Both the position numbers and the translations under genes were made by a program. From Armatimonadia bacterium (GTDB taxonomy: Bacteria; Armatimonadota; Zipacnadia; Zipacnadales; UBA11051): a DNA stretch of 64,000 nucleotides. This document shows positions 12,626-24,047 of the stretch, piece after piece (positions within the stretch are counted from its first letter, which is position 1; every line of letters starts with the position of its first letter). The DNA lies in the NCBI GenBank assembly GCA_039683575.1, contig JBDKRC010000137.1, positions 23,704-87,703 on the forward strand. The letters are read 5' to 3'. The notes beneath the pieces are model-generated. The model had not been told where the DNA came from, made no database searches, and worked only from the letters and a program-made list of their open reading frames with translations.

Positions 12626-15600
12626 TCACAGGCCCTTTGCGAAACTCTCGCAGATCGGCGCCGCGTGTGGCTCGGGAAACAGCAACTGCGGCGCCGGTTT
12701 GCCGTCTGCCAGTAGCTGCATCGTTCCGACGTTGCCCGCCAGGATGATCTCCCAGCACTGTCCCGCCTGCCCCACGGGAGCCAGCGTCAGGACCTGCTGC
12801 TGCTTCTCGGGCACAGCGACCGACACCAGGCGCTGCTTCCTGTCGGGCGAGGTCGCCTGCGCCGAAGGAATGTCTCCGTTGACGCCGCCGAACTCGATCT
12901 TCATCTCGCGCGTGCCGGCAGGGATGTAGACGTAGTACTTCGCCCCATTCGCCGGCACCAGCCGTCCCGCCAGGGGGAACGCTGACGGCAGCTTCGGCGT
13001 CACGGTCACCGGATCGCAAACCCGCCCCATACTGCCCTCAGCGGCCACTGTGAAGCGGTAGAGGCCCGTCTGACCGTCCGCGGGCACCTTCAGCGATAGC
13101 ACCTTCTCGCCTTTCGGGTACGTCTCATCGTGTTGCGCCACCTGCTTGCCATCCGGCGCCACGGCCGTCAGCGAATAGGTGCGGGTCTCGTAGGTATGCG
13201 TGGTCGGGAAGCTGACGCTGAACTCCTGGTCCTTGTCTTCGAGGACCCAGAAGTCCACCGTCTCAATCTTCCTGGTCTTACCATCCACCTCCGGGCGAGT
13301 CCGAGTGAAGAGTAGCTGATAACCCGGCACTCCCACCATCAGCGGGTCTGGGGCCACCGGCTTGCCATACTCCGCCAGCGCTTTCATGAAAGCCGGGAGC
13401 CGCTGGATGATGTAGCCTCCCAACGACACCTGCCCCGACTGCATGAACCCCGCCAGCAGCGGGTCATCCCCGGCATAGACCGACGCGACCGCCTTGTCAC
13501 ACTCCCACACGCCGCGCCCCAGATACTTCGGGTCCTTCGTCACGAGGTAGGCATAGGCGAGGATGTTCATGTACTCCCGCGTCCCCCACAGCGACGACAT
13601 GTCGCCATAGCCTTCCATATAAGAGTCCGTCCACGCCACCAGCGCCTTCTTCGCCGCCTCGCTGTGGGTCAGGTCCCAGTACCGCTCGATCCACGGCGCA
13701 TAGTTCTCCCATTCGGGGAACGAGCCCAGCGGCGTGACCTTGTCCTTGTAGTGCGGCCAGTATGACAGTACATGGGCGGAGTACTTGACCGTCCCGTCCA
13801 CATTCTGCACCTTGGTCGTCAGGTGGGTGAAGAACGCCTCGATGATCGGCCGGTAGCTCTCATCCCAGGTGTCGGTGTACAGGTCAATGAGCGCTGACAT
13901 CGTCCCCGTGCCGGAGCGGCTCCCGAAGGGCGCGGTGTACTTCGCCTTCACCGCCTCGCCCCAGTCCTTGGCGACCTCAAGCCCCACCTGTCCCCTGTCA
14001 TGTGCCAGTACCACAGCGCGAAGTCCGTCATAGAGTTGTAGTCGGTCAGCCGATTGCCCGAATGCCAGTGCACGATGCCCTTGTAGTCGTTCAAGGCGCC
14101 CTTCAGCTTGCCCTGGGGGTACTCCAGCGCCTCGAACTCGGGCGTGCTGTAGTGGCAGAAGTCCACATCGAGCACGTGCCGGGTGTTGCGGATGGCATAG
14201 TCCAGGTACTTTGTATCTCCTGAGCGCAGGTACAGCAGCCACGGCACCCGCGGCGCCCCGTGGTGGGTGTTGCGCCAGCAGCGGTAGGCATCGCTCCACC
14301 GGCGCTTGCCCATGTCCCACGAGGTGTGGCTGTCTCCATAGTTCCACAGGCCATAGTCGCGCGTGAAAGCCTGCATGCGTCGCTCAGCATCGAAGTTGTC
14401 TGAGATCAGCTTCTCATACTTCGGAAACAGATCGGGGCTATAGGGCTGCATGGCCCCAAAGACGCCGGAGTCGCACATCCACTTCACATCGGCGAGCGCC
14501 GCAGGCGGATTCTGCCGTACGCGAGCCGTAATGAGGTCCACCTGCGTGCCGGGAGCGCTGAAGGTGAGCCAGAATTCGTGGGTCTTGGCGACGCCCATCC
14601 CATTGGCGTTTTTGGAGGACCGCAGGTAGCGGTAGTCGTTGTCGCTCAAGCCCTCCTGGTGGCTGTAGAAGGCCTCTGGAGCCTGGAAATCGAGCACCTC
14701 ACCCTCATGGGCATACCAGGCATATTGCAGATTCGCGTCCTCGATCTTCCGGTCGGGGTTCTTGACGCCATGGGCCGGCCAGACGTGGAAATTCAGGCTC
14801 GTAGGGGTGACAGTGAACTCCTTGGGAAAGAGTTGGCGGAAGTCGCGCACCTGCAGCGTGCAGTTGGCCCTGGGGCCCGTAGTCGTCACCAGACCCAGTG
14901 GCTGTGCGGACGGGCCACACGGGCCGGAGAGCAGTTTGAACTTGTCGAAGTCATACTGCACGAGCCCCACGGGATTGTCGCCCACCGCTGCCTCAAGCGC
15001 TTTGCCATCCTCCATCACAAATCCCGCCCGCGTGCTCTCTACGGGCACTGAGAAGCCGATATCGCGGAATCGCAGCTTCCGGGAGTCCTCGGTCATGAGC
15101 CACGTATACATGACCCGCACGGTGGGCTGCCCGGCATAGAAATGGTACCGGATGATGAACTGGCACTTGCGGTCACCAGTGTCGCTGACATACCAGCCGC
15201 GGGTGGCAACAACCGTCCGCAGCGGCCCCTCTTCCTCGACTTGGACGGACGGCTTGTCGTCCCTTGAGGCACGGAAGATCTGTCCGCCATCGGTGACGAA
15301 ATACGCTCCAGAAGTGGGGTCAATTGCACAAACGGAGTTAACCGATGTAACGATTTGGCCGATTCCTGAGCACCTCGTTCTGCTCATTGAAACCTGCATC
15401 GGCCCGGTATCAATGTCAACCAAATCCGCCGTCTGCTTCACCCGTAAAGCCTTCGCCACCGGCGCCCGTCTGACACCCTCGCCGAACTCCAACCCCAGCT
15501 TCCTCCCGGTCGCCGAGAGGTCGCTCTGGAAGTCGAGCAGCAGCCATCTGACGGACCCATCCCGGTGCTTGCCGGTACAGAGGGCCTGCAGCGGCAGTTC

Positions 15601-15792
15601 CCGCCCCTGCTCGTCCAGCAGACGCACGTTGTCCGCGGATTTGAGGGCACCCTCGGGAAAGGGCACCCCGGTGGTCACCGGCCACGCGGTGACAGCTTGC
15701 CCGGCGGGGTTGCTGACGTTGAGGTCTATTCTCGCCGCAAACGTGCCAGCAGCCAGCAGGAGCGCGCTCAGGAAGCAGGTCAGGCGGATCAT
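12626..15792 (-). CDS. Large secreted protein, exo-rhamnogalacturonan-lyase/YetA-like; one frameshift near 13983
   Basis: Signal peptide; VTTGVPFPEG, DGSVRWLLLDF, YGLWNYGD, RHVLDVD; two ORFs join as TGDRWG/LEVAKDW at a G4 run. Confidence 0.6.
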
Positions 15793-15817
15793 CCGGATAC
15801 TACCTCGCGACGTGGTA

Positions 15818-18344
15818 TTACAGCGTTGGCATCTCGGCTGGGGCCAGGGGCGCGGTCTTGAGCGCCTCGGCCATCTCCCGCCGCCAGCGGTATACATCCG
15901 CCGGATCGCTGGTGTATTCGGTCATACTCCTGCAGAGCGAGGAGGGCACGCTGAGGGCCGCTTTGGCCCTCTCAAGCCATTTTGCGTCCGCGGCGGGGCC
16001 GGCTTCGACGCTGGCAATGGCCTTCTCAAGCAGCCGCGCGTAGGCGTAATCTTCCAGCCCGTCGCGGAAGTTCTCGAGGCGGATGGTGGGCAGCGGCGTG
16101 CCGTCGGGCCCGGCGCAGAGCCATGAGCCATCGCCGTGGTAGGTGGTCCAACTCCGCGGGTCCCAGTCGGTGAAGGGCCCGCCGGTGATGGGCTTTTGGG
16201 AGTTCCAGATGCTGGTCTGGTAGTAGAGGAAGCCGTCGGGCCGGTACTTGGCCGTCTGCGCCCCCATCAGCACCCGGCCCTCGATGGCGGGGTACTCAAC
16301 GAACATATTAGCGAAGGGGTGGTGCGGACCGCAGCAGATGTACCACCAGACCTGCTGGCCCTTGGCCCGCACCTGGTCGGCCAGCGCCCGATCATACTTG
16401 GGCGTCAGCGGGCAGAAGGCGTCCATGGACTTGATGACCGAGTTGGTGCCGAAGCTGTGGTCATACGTCGTGGTCATCACCGCCACACCGGGGCATTCCT
16501 GCTTGAAGACCTCCGCCGCGCGCTGGACACCCGGGAAGAGCTCGGCAGGGTTCTCGTCGCAACCATAGATATAGGCATGGTCGAGGAGGCCGAGAGCCTT
16601 GGTCTGCTCGTAGGCCGCCTTGATGCGGGCGAGGGTCTTCTCGCGCCAGACTTCCTGCTCGGCTGGCTTGTCGCCGAGAATGGCGTAGTAGCCCAGGTTG
16701 AAGCGCCCAAGCTGCCCGCGCTCGTGCAGGCGCTTCAGAATCTCGAAGTCGGGACTGCCGCTGTGGTAGAGGCTGTCGTAGGTCAGGTAGTAATCGGCCA
16801 GGAAGTCGCCCCACTGCAGGCGGTGCTTCTTCCAGGCGTTCATCGGGTAGTCTTCGGACTTGCGCCATTCGGCCTGCTGAGCCTTCGTCAGTTCGGTCGG
16901 ATGGTCGTGAGGCGAGAAGGTAACCGCCAGGTCCAGCGGGGAGCGATCGGGCAAGGTGAAGGGATATACCTCAACGCGCAGGTTAAAGGCGTAGAGGGGG
17001 TTTGCCGGCGGCAAGGACCTCCAGCTTGCCGCGGTAGACGCCGGGCTGCTGGTCTTTCGGGGCGCGGAAGCGAACCCAGAAGGCCTGTGCGTCGCCGGGT
17101 TGCACGTCAGCGGCATCCATGAAGTCGAGTATCGGGTCGGGCCACCAGCCGATGTGAGAGGTACCGTAGGGCGGCCGGGCCTTGGTCTCGACGTAGCCCA
17201 CTGGTACAGGCTCGATGTAGCGGTCCGCAAAGGCGGCACCCCCGGGAATCTGCAGGTCGCGCACCCGCACCTGAACCCGCTTGAGTGGTTGCTCGCAGGG
17301 CAGCACAACGACCTGGAGCGATTCCTTCTCGTTGCGTGCGAGCGCCAAAGAGGCATCGGGAGCGAGGCGGAAGGTCGGCGGAACCCCGCGCGGCAGGACC
17401 TTCTCCATTGAGGTGGCAAAGCCGACGACAACATCGCTGGGACCGGCCTGCGTGGTCTGTGTCTGCAGGCGCACCGGCTCGAATTCGGCGCGCAAGGCGC
17501 TGCGGGCTTTGACGGTGGCAATCTCGGACTGCAGGTTCAGGCTGAGTTCATCGCCTTTGAGCATGGCAGGATCTCCCTGCGCGACGAGTTTGGCAAACTG
17601 CTCGACCTGCCGCTCGCAGTCGGCCAGGCGGGCGTTGGCCCAGGCGGCTACGCGGGGCAGCCGGGAAACGGTGTCGCGCACGCTATCACGAGCTTCCTGC
17701 AGCATCTGCCGGAGCAGCGGAAGGTGGCGCTCCTGCAGAGCTGCGAACTGCCTGATGTAGTCGGCAGACACTTCGGGAGCTTTCTCACCTGGCTTGAGAA
17801 GCTGCAGCGCGTCCAGGCAGATCTCCATGTCGCCGACGGGGCGCTGAGTGAAGAAGTGCAGGATGGAGATGTCCTTCGCATCGACGTTCTGCGTCGCCAA
17901 GCCCGCCAGAGGCACCTGCACTGGCACGTAACTGTTGGCCGGAATGGTTACGTTGAAGCTCAAGCCCTTACGGACGGGCAGCTTCGAGTCGGAGATGAAG
18001 AGACTCAGGCCGTGGTTGTAGGGGGTGGGGTTGGTGACCGCAAAGAAGAGGCGGTCATAGCCCGTCCAGTCTTTGAGGGCGGGGTTAGCCTCGACTGCCG
18101 GCCATTCGCCCATGCCCTGTTTCCACTGCGGCGTCCGCAGGCATAGCGCGTGCGTCCCCGAGGTCGCGAAGCGGGCCTCGCACGCGACGGGGAAGCTGCG
18201 GTTGGTCGTGCGGCCCTCATCATGCCACGCTTTGACGTCGGCCTCATTCTCGAAGTCAAAGAGCATGGTGCCCGCCTGACCCGGCAGGGCCGAGAGCAGG
18301 CACAATGCGGCCAGCCATAGGACGATGTGTTTCACGGTGATCAC
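15818..18344 (-). CDS. Secreted DUF4091/GH123-like glycoside hydrolase; one frameshift near 16998
   Basis: ARNEKESLQV, WWPDPI, YGCDE, WWYIC, GDGSW, IRLENFRDGLEDY; ORFs join as AGKP/LYAFNL at a C5 run. Confidence 0.7.
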
Positions 18345-18362
18345 CTCGAAGGATAGTTCGCG

Positions 18363-21362
18363 CTAGCGCGGAGCGGCTTCAAGCAGACTCTCGGCTTGCG
18401 TGATGATACGCTCAAGTTCCTCTGCATTGGTGTTGAATTCGCTATAGCTTGTCACGACCGCGTCGGCGGCGGTGAGCACGGCCTGCGCTTGACGCCGCCA
18501 CTCGCCCCCTTGTTGGTTGCCCTGTGAGGCGGCGAGTTCCTCAGTTAGGAGGGCCAAGGTATCGTAGTCGTTGAGCCCCTCACGGAATAGCTCCCAGCGG
18601 ATCGAGTTCAGGATGCCATCCCTGTTCGGAGTGGGATACAGCATCCAGCCATCCCCGTGGCGGCGAGGCTTGCCGTCAAGGCCCTCGGTCCAGGGGTCGA
18701 GTTCGTTGACTCCCCCGGTGCCGCCCCAGTAATTGATAGACCACCAGATCAGACCGTCGAGACCGACTTTGCGCGCCACCCATGGAAGGATGCGAGCATT
18801 GATAGCCGGGAGGTCTATGAGAGCGAGCTCATTGTGGTAGGCCCAGAGCTTGCCGCCTGCGGCGTGTATGGCCTGCACCGCACCGGGGCTGAGGTCGGGG
18901 GCACCGAAGTACAGGGCGGGACACCAGAGGTCCACGAGGCCCTGAAGCTCCGGCAGGGGGGAGTTGGAGATGAAGATGGGCAGGTCGGGGGCGGCCTGCC
19001 GGACTAGGCGCGCGAGTTTGGGGAGTTTGTCGCGCAGGACGGCGTCTTTGGCCCAGAACGGCTCGTCCCACAGCCAGAGGGCCGTGCGGTCCATCCAGCC
19101 CTCGCGGCGGAAGACCTCGGCTATCTCCCGGATCCTCGCCTGGAAGCTGGCGGCAAAGGCGGGGTCGTCGGGGTCAAGGTCGAGGTCGCCCCACTTGCGA
19201 CGGCCGTCCCAGCCGCCCGCGCCGAGGAACTGCACGGGAAACCACGCGAAGCGCAGGCCGGTGGCGAAGTAGCGCTTACCGGCGGCGGCGATGTCGCCAT
19301 CTTCGCCGATCCGGAAGCGCCCGGTGCTGGCGCAGCGGTGGGCGGCAGCGTTTTGGGCGAACTGCTCCCAGGGAATGTTGCCGTACTTGGTCTGATATAT
19401 GCCCCAGCCGTACCAGACATCGGCGGCGACGCGGAGGCGGCTAAGGTCAGGAAGCTCGTACTTGAGCACCCGCAGGCGCAAATCGAAGTCTTCACTGACG
19501 CCCTCGCCGAGAAGATGGGCTTTGCTCTGATAGACGCCGGGCTTTGCATCGCGTGGGACTGCGACCGTCAGCCAGAAGACAACGTGCGCGGGGCCTGTGG
19601 CGTCCACGGGCGTCGGGGGCAGCAGCGGGTCGGGCCAGTCCCCCGCAAAGGTGGTCTGGTCGGAAGGGGTCTTGATGGTGACGTAGCCGACGTTATTGAG
19701 GCGCAGGCACTGGGCGGACAGCTTGCCCTGTGCCGAGGTGAGCTCGTCGAATTGCAGCCGCAGGCCGCGCAGGGGCATCTGGCGGGGCGTCAGGCCGATC
19801 TGCAAGGCGCGGGTCTGGTTGCGAGCGGCCTGCAGCTCAAGGACAGGGCGCGGCGCGGTGGGCTCGATGCGATCCGAGGGCAGGACCTTGTAGGTGGGGC
19901 TGAGCGACCAGAGCAGGAAGCGGGGCGTGGCGGCGAGGACCTGGGGGCGCAGCACCTGCACGTCGGCAGTCTGCGGGAGGGCGTAACGGCACTGTGAGAC
20001 GGGGCTGCCGGCGGCGAGCAGCTTGACGTAGAGGTCCTGCTTGCCGGTTTCGGCCAGCTTGAGGGGCATCACGAAGGGGGCAGTGCTGACGGACTGTTCG
20101 GTGGTAGTTGTCTCGCCGCTACGCTTGACGGCGCTGCAACGGAGAGTCGTCTGGGCAGCGCCGGTGACGGTACCGCGAAGCTCCTGGCCTTGCAGAGAGG
20201 CGATGGTTAGGCCCGGCGGCTGCTCGCCGAAGATCAGCAGGCCCCATTCGGCGGGATTGCACCAGTCCTTCTGGCGCGCGAAGAGCGAGCAACTGGTCCC
20301 GTGCGGTCGATTCCGACCGACTTGCAGGGCCCATGCGCCGCTCGGGCCGCGGCCGAGGTCGGCGAAGGGAACGGCCATCTCGGCGCTCCAGCCGGTGGAC
20401 GTGCGCACGGCGCGCACCTGCCACTTGGGCTCCCACGACAGGTCGAGCTTAGCGGTCCCGTTCTTGTCCCGCGTACCGCGCTGGCTGTACGGCGTCCCGA
20501 GGGGATTGGCGGCGAGTTGGAGGTAGCCGGTCCCGGAACGGTCGGGGTCGAGGAAGACTTCGAAGGAATCGTCGCCCCATACCGGGCCGTCGGGCTGGGT
20601 CTCGCGGGCGATGAGCTTGGCGGGATCGTCGGTGCTCTGCATGGCGAGGTAGAGGCGGGTTGCATCATAGCCTACGCGGAGGGCCACGGGCTGGGCGCAT
20701 GGCCGGGCGTCGAAGTCGGCGAAACTGCCGAGGGGCGCAACGGATTTCCAGGCGGGGTCATCGAGTTGGCCGTCAATCGTGGGCGCGGCGGGGAGGCGGC
20801 TGGCGGTGATGAACAGGTCGCGTTCCTGGACCTGTGGCACGTTGTCGGTGAGGGTCACGTTGTCGAGCAGTAGTGCGTGGGCGCGCCCTTCGGAACCCTC
20901 GGCGCGCTTCTGGCCGATCCACAGTCGCGTGATCTGGGCACCGCTGACGGCCTGGCGGAAGCTGCGGGCCAACGGGAGGTCCACGTGGACCCACTGGTTG
21001 AGCTTGGGGCGCAGGGAGGGCATCGCGCCATACTCTTTGCCGTCGGCGGTCGTGACGAGTACCTGGATATAGTACGGCTCGGCGGGGCCGAGGGAGCAGA
21101 AGTCGAAGCTGAGGCAGGAGTCGCGGTCAGTGAACTGCCAGCCTGGGCTGACATAGAGGACGCCTGAGGTGGACTCTGCCTGAAGAGCGGCGCCGGTCGG
21201 ACCTGCGGCGAGGCGGTGGGTGAGTTTGACGGCGGCGGGCGAGGAGGTGACCCAACCATCGAGGCCAGTCTCGAAGTCGCAGGTTTTTGCAGGGGCTGCA
21301 AGGGCCGCCACACACGGCAAGATTGCGAGCAGGCTGAACCAGTAGCGGAAGGCTGAGGGCAT
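18363..21362 (-). CDS. Secreted CBM9-like plus DUF4091/GH123-like protein
   Basis: PTIDGQLDDPAW...DDSFEVFLDP...WSAEMAVPF; WPDPL, WDEP, GDGWMLYP, SIRWELFREGLNDY. Confidence 0.75.
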   Translation of the reverse strand: MPSAFRYWFSLLAILPCVAALAAPAKTCDFETGLDGWVTSSPAAVKLTHRLAAGPTGAALQAESTSGVLYVSPGWQFTDRDSCLSFDFCSLGPAEPYYIQVLVTTADGKEYGAMPSLRPKLNQWVHVDLPLARSFRQAVSGAQITRLWIGQKRAEGSEGRAHALLLDNVTLTDNVPQVQERDLFITASRLPAAPTIDGQLDDPAWKSVAPLGSFADFDARPCAQPVALRVGYDATRLYLAMQSTDDPAKLIARETQPDGPVWGDDSFEVFLDPDRSGTGYLQLAANPLGTPYSQRGTRDKNGTAKLDLSWEPKWQVRAVRTSTGWSAEMAVPFADLGRGPSGAWALQVGRNRPHGTSCSLFARQKDWCNPAEWGLLIFGEQPPGLTIASLQGQELRGTVTGAAQTTLRCSAVKRSGETTTTEQSVSTAPFVMPLKLAETGKQDLYVKLLAAGSPVSQCRYALPQTADVQVLRPQVLAATPRFLLWSLSPTYKVLPSDRIEPTAPRPVLELQAARNQTRALQIGLTPRQMPLRGLRLQFDELTSAQGKLSAQCLRLNNVGYVTIKTPSDQTTFAGDWPDPLLPPTPVDATGPAHVVFWLTVAVPRDAKPGVYQSKAHLLGEGVSEDFDLRLRVLKYELPDLSRLRVAADVWYGWGIYQTKYGNIPWEQFAQNAAAHRCASTGRFRIGEDGDIAAAGKRYFATGLRFAWFPVQFLGAGGWDGRRKWGDLDLDPDDPAFAASFQARIREIAEVFRREGWMDRTALWLWDEPFWAKDAVLRDKLPKLARLVRQAAPDLPIFISNSPLPELQGLVDLWCPALYFGAPDLSPGAVQAIHAAGGKLWAYHNELALIDLPAINARILPWVARKVGLDGLIWWSINYWGGTGGVNELDPWTEGLDGKPRRHGDGWMLYPTPNRDGILNSIRWELFREGLNDYDTLALLTEELAASQGNQQGGEWRRQAQAVLTAADAVVTSYSEFNTNAEELERIITQAESLLEAAPR

Positions 21363-21385
21363 CAGGACGTGGCTCCAGTGAGTCT

Positions 21386-22345
21386 TCAGTTGCAGAGTTC
21401 CAGCAGTGTCAGGATGTTCTCGTGCGGTGTCTCGTACGGGATCGCGCCGGTGCCGAGCAGCAGGTTGGGGCGGGTTGAGGCAAGGTGTATGACTTCATCT
21501 ACAGCCTCGCGCATCTGCTCGCGGGTACCGGTGGTGTACAGGCGCGGGTCGAGATTGATGCGAACGCGGACTTCGGGATGTGACTGCATTGCCGCGAGGA
21601 ACTGCGCGCGGTTCGTTTCGGCGGGGCAGATGAGGAAGTCAGTGCCAGTCTGCAGCAGGTCCTCGACGATCGGCGCGGTGTCGCCGCCGATGATGCACGG
21701 GATGGGTACCCCGGCGATGGAGGAGACCTGCTGGATGAGCTGCTTGAGCACCGGAAGCTCTATCTCGCGGAACTGTGACGGCGACAGCAGAGGCGGGGCG
21801 GCGGCGGATTCGAAGAAGGCGACCTGCAGGCCTGCTTCGAGGATTGCTTCACAGTAGCGTATCTGGGCGGGAACGAGGGCCTGAAGGAAACTGGCAACCG
21901 CTGCCGGTTCGAGAGCGGCGCCCATGACAAGCGTCTCGAGCCCGAGCAGGCTCTGGGCGATGGAGAAGGGGCCACTGACAGGCAGGCGGACGTCAGCGTC
22001 GGGGAACTCGTCCTGCAGCCTACGAGCCACCTTGAGCATCATGGGGACGCGTCCGGCGGTCTGGGGATCGAAGGGGCTCAGGGCGGAGGCGTCGGCAAGG
22101 GACATGATTGGCCGGGTGACGGCAGGGATGCCCGTGCCGGCGGGGCGAGGGATCTCGGCCCCGTAGGCCTCGGCCTCGAGGTTGTAGATGTCTATGCCGA
22201 CGACGAGGGGGAAGTGATGGTAGGCGAGGTAGGCAGCGCGATGGGCCCGGTAGATGAGGTCACCGTCCCGGCAGACCTCCCAGGGGGTCAGGCCCAGGAA
22301 GCTGGCGGCATGCTCATAGACTGATAGGGACAGAGGAATTCGCAT
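21386..22345 (-). CDS. Uroporphyrinogen decarboxylase (URO-D/MtaA-like) family protein
   Basis: EAEAYGAEI, GRVPMML, SGPFSIA, LLSPSQFRE, IPYETP.EN. Confidence 0.75.
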   Translation of the reverse strand: MRIPLSLSVYEHAASFLGLTPWEVCRDGDLIYRAHRAAYLAYHHFPLVVGIDIYNLEAEAYGAEIPRPAGTGIPAVTRPIMSLADASALSPFDPQTAGRVPMMLKVARRLQDEFPDADVRLPVSGPFSIAQSLLGLETLVMGAALEPAAVASFLQALVPAQIRYCEAILEAGLQVAFFESAAAPPLLSPSQFREIELPVLKQLIQQVSSIAGVPIPCIIGGDTAPIVEDLLQTGTDFLICPAETNRAQFLAAMQSHPEVRVRINLDPRLYTTGTREQMREAVDEVIHLASTRPNLLLGTGAIPYETPHENILTLLELCN

Positions 22346-22453
22346 GCTGGGCAATGGTCCGCCAATAATCTGAATCAGCCTGCAAATGCAGCAGGACACT
22401 ACCTTACTCTAGGCGAAGCAGTTTAGTAACAAGTGTACCAGGAGGGAGATCAG

Positions 22454-23056
22454 ATGAGACGCGGCTTCACGTTGATAGAGTTGCTGGTTGTGATTGCCAT
22501 TATCGCCATCCTCGCAGCGATCCTGTTCCCGGTATTCGCCAAGGCGCGAGAGAAGGCGCGGCAGGCATCGTGTCTATCGAACGTTCGCCAACTGCTGACC
22601 GCAATCCTGTCTTACTCGCAGGACTATGACGAGCGCCTGCCACTCACCCCCGATCCGGGAGCACTCTCCTACCTGTGGTGGGACATCACGCTTCAGCCGT
22701 ATATCAAGAACACGCAGATTCTCAAATGCCCAAGCGCGGTAGACCGCCCGGTGGGGTATGGCTTCAACTACCGGCATACACGCGTTGATGGCTGGGGTGG
22801 CGGAATTTCGCTGGGAGAATGCAAGGAGCCTGCGAGCCAGTATATGCTCATGGATGGCTACACACACTGTGTGTACTGCGTCTATTGCTGGCCGACGGTT
22901 GCCAGTGAAGGGCCGTACGGCAACAACTGGTATATCGGCAAGCGCCACAATGACGGGTCAAATGTGGGCTTCATAGATGGTCATGCCAAGTGGCTTAGCA
23001 ACAACACCCTGGTCAGTTGGACCTCGGCCAGCCAGGTGGCGTGGATGCATCCGTAG
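22454..23056 (+). CDS. Prepilin-type N-methylation / DUF1559 / H-X9-DG protein
   Basis: [52 protein letters not shown]. Confidence 0.9.
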   Translation: MRRGFTLIELLVVIAIIAILAAILFPVFAKAREKARQASCLSNVRQLLTAILSYSQDYDERLPLTPDPGALSYLWWDITLQPYIKNTQILKCPSAVDRPVGYGFNYRHTRVDGWGGGISLGECKEPASQYMLMDGYTHCVYCVYCWPTVASEGPYGNNWYIGKRHNDGSNVGFIDGHAKWLSNNTLVSWTSASQVAWMHP

Positions 23057-23062
23057 GGGCAA

Positions 23063-23851
23063 TCAGCCCTTGCGGCGGGCGATGAGGAGGCAGTTGTAGG
23101 CCCAGCGGGCGGCGCCGGGGAGGCGGGTGAAGAGGTGGCTGAGGGCGATGGTGAGGGCTGGGGGCAGTACGCGCCCGAGCGGCAGGCGATCAGACATCAC
23201 CGCGCTGCCCTCGTAGCGCGCGTGGAGGGGCTGAAAGCCGGCGCCGGCGACGAGTTCACGTAGTCCTCGCAGAGTGAATGCGAACAGGTGCCCGGCGGCA
23301 TCGGCCTCCGGGCGCGCTTGTTTCTGGGTGTCATGCGCCGAGTAGCAGGGGAGGGTCTCGCCGCTGCGGGTGGCGTTGGGAGTGGTGACTATCAGGAGGC
23401 CGTTGGGTTTGAGCACCCGGCGGGCCTCGGCGAGGGCCTGCAATGGCTCCGGCAAGTGCTCGAGGAGTTCGAGGAGCAGGACCGCGTCCATCGTCTCTGA
23501 AGCGAAGGGTAGAGCCACAGCGTCACCACAGACAGCGGCGAATGAGCCGGTGGTGTGCTTTTTGAGAGCATAGCCGAGGGCTCTCGGCTCACGGTCGAGG
23601 GCAATCGCTTGCAGGCCGCGCTCGGCAGCGTGGAGGCCGGCATTGGCCTGGGAGGAGCCGACCTCCAACACCCGCGCGCCGGTGGGCAGATGGCGAAGTG
23701 GCTCAAGGGCGGAGTGCAGGCGGCTGCGGTACTTCAGCGCCCACATCGTCCGTGGGTCAGCCGCGTCCAGGTCGCGCAGGTCAAACTCCCTGAGCCAGGC
23801 TTCATAGTCGCTGGCGGGGGTGAGGTCGCGGCTGCTCTTCATGTGACGCAT
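23063..23851 (-). CDS. Class I SAM-dependent methyltransferase
   Basis: VLEVGS, GDAVALPF, LLEHLPEP, RVLKPNG; start is 23851 or 23842. Confidence 0.8.
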   Translation of the reverse strand: MRHMKSSRDLTPASDYEAWLREFDLRDLDAADPRTMWALKYRSRLHSALEPLRHLPTGARVLEVGSSQANAGLHAAERGLQAIALDREPRALGYALKKHTTGSFAAVCGDAVALPFASETMDAVLLLELLEHLPEPLQALAEARRVLKPNGLLIVTTPNATRSGETLPCYSAHDTQKQARPEADAAGHLFAFTLRGLRELVAGAGFQPLHARYEGSAVMSDRLPLGRVLPPALTIALSHLFTRLPGAARWAYNCLLIARRKG

Positions 23852-24047
23852 CTTCGCCGCAGGCCGGCGCGCTCCTGCCGCTCTTGTAGTAATTGGCCAA
23901 GTGAAATATACTGTGACACCGTAGTTTTCGCAGAGAGGTTTCGCCGTGGCCCCGGCGAAGATGTCATTCTCCGGGCGCCCGCGCCGGGACCAGCCGCGGT
24001 GGTAACTCTCTTGCGGTGGATTTTTCGTACCTAGGAGACTGGCTTCC

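Noticed and set aside
13982-13985. Frameshift in the lyase-like gene read as a pseudogene or programmed shift
   Set aside because: Single-base loss in a G4 run with both halves intact; one of four homopolymer indels in the window, pointing to sequencing error.
16996-17000. Frameshift in the DUF4091 gene
   Set aside because: One extra base in a C5 run; removing it restores GKPLYAFNL. No slippery heptamer seen.
21386-22345. hemE assignment
   Set aside because: No N-terminal RQAGR motif and no haem genes nearby.
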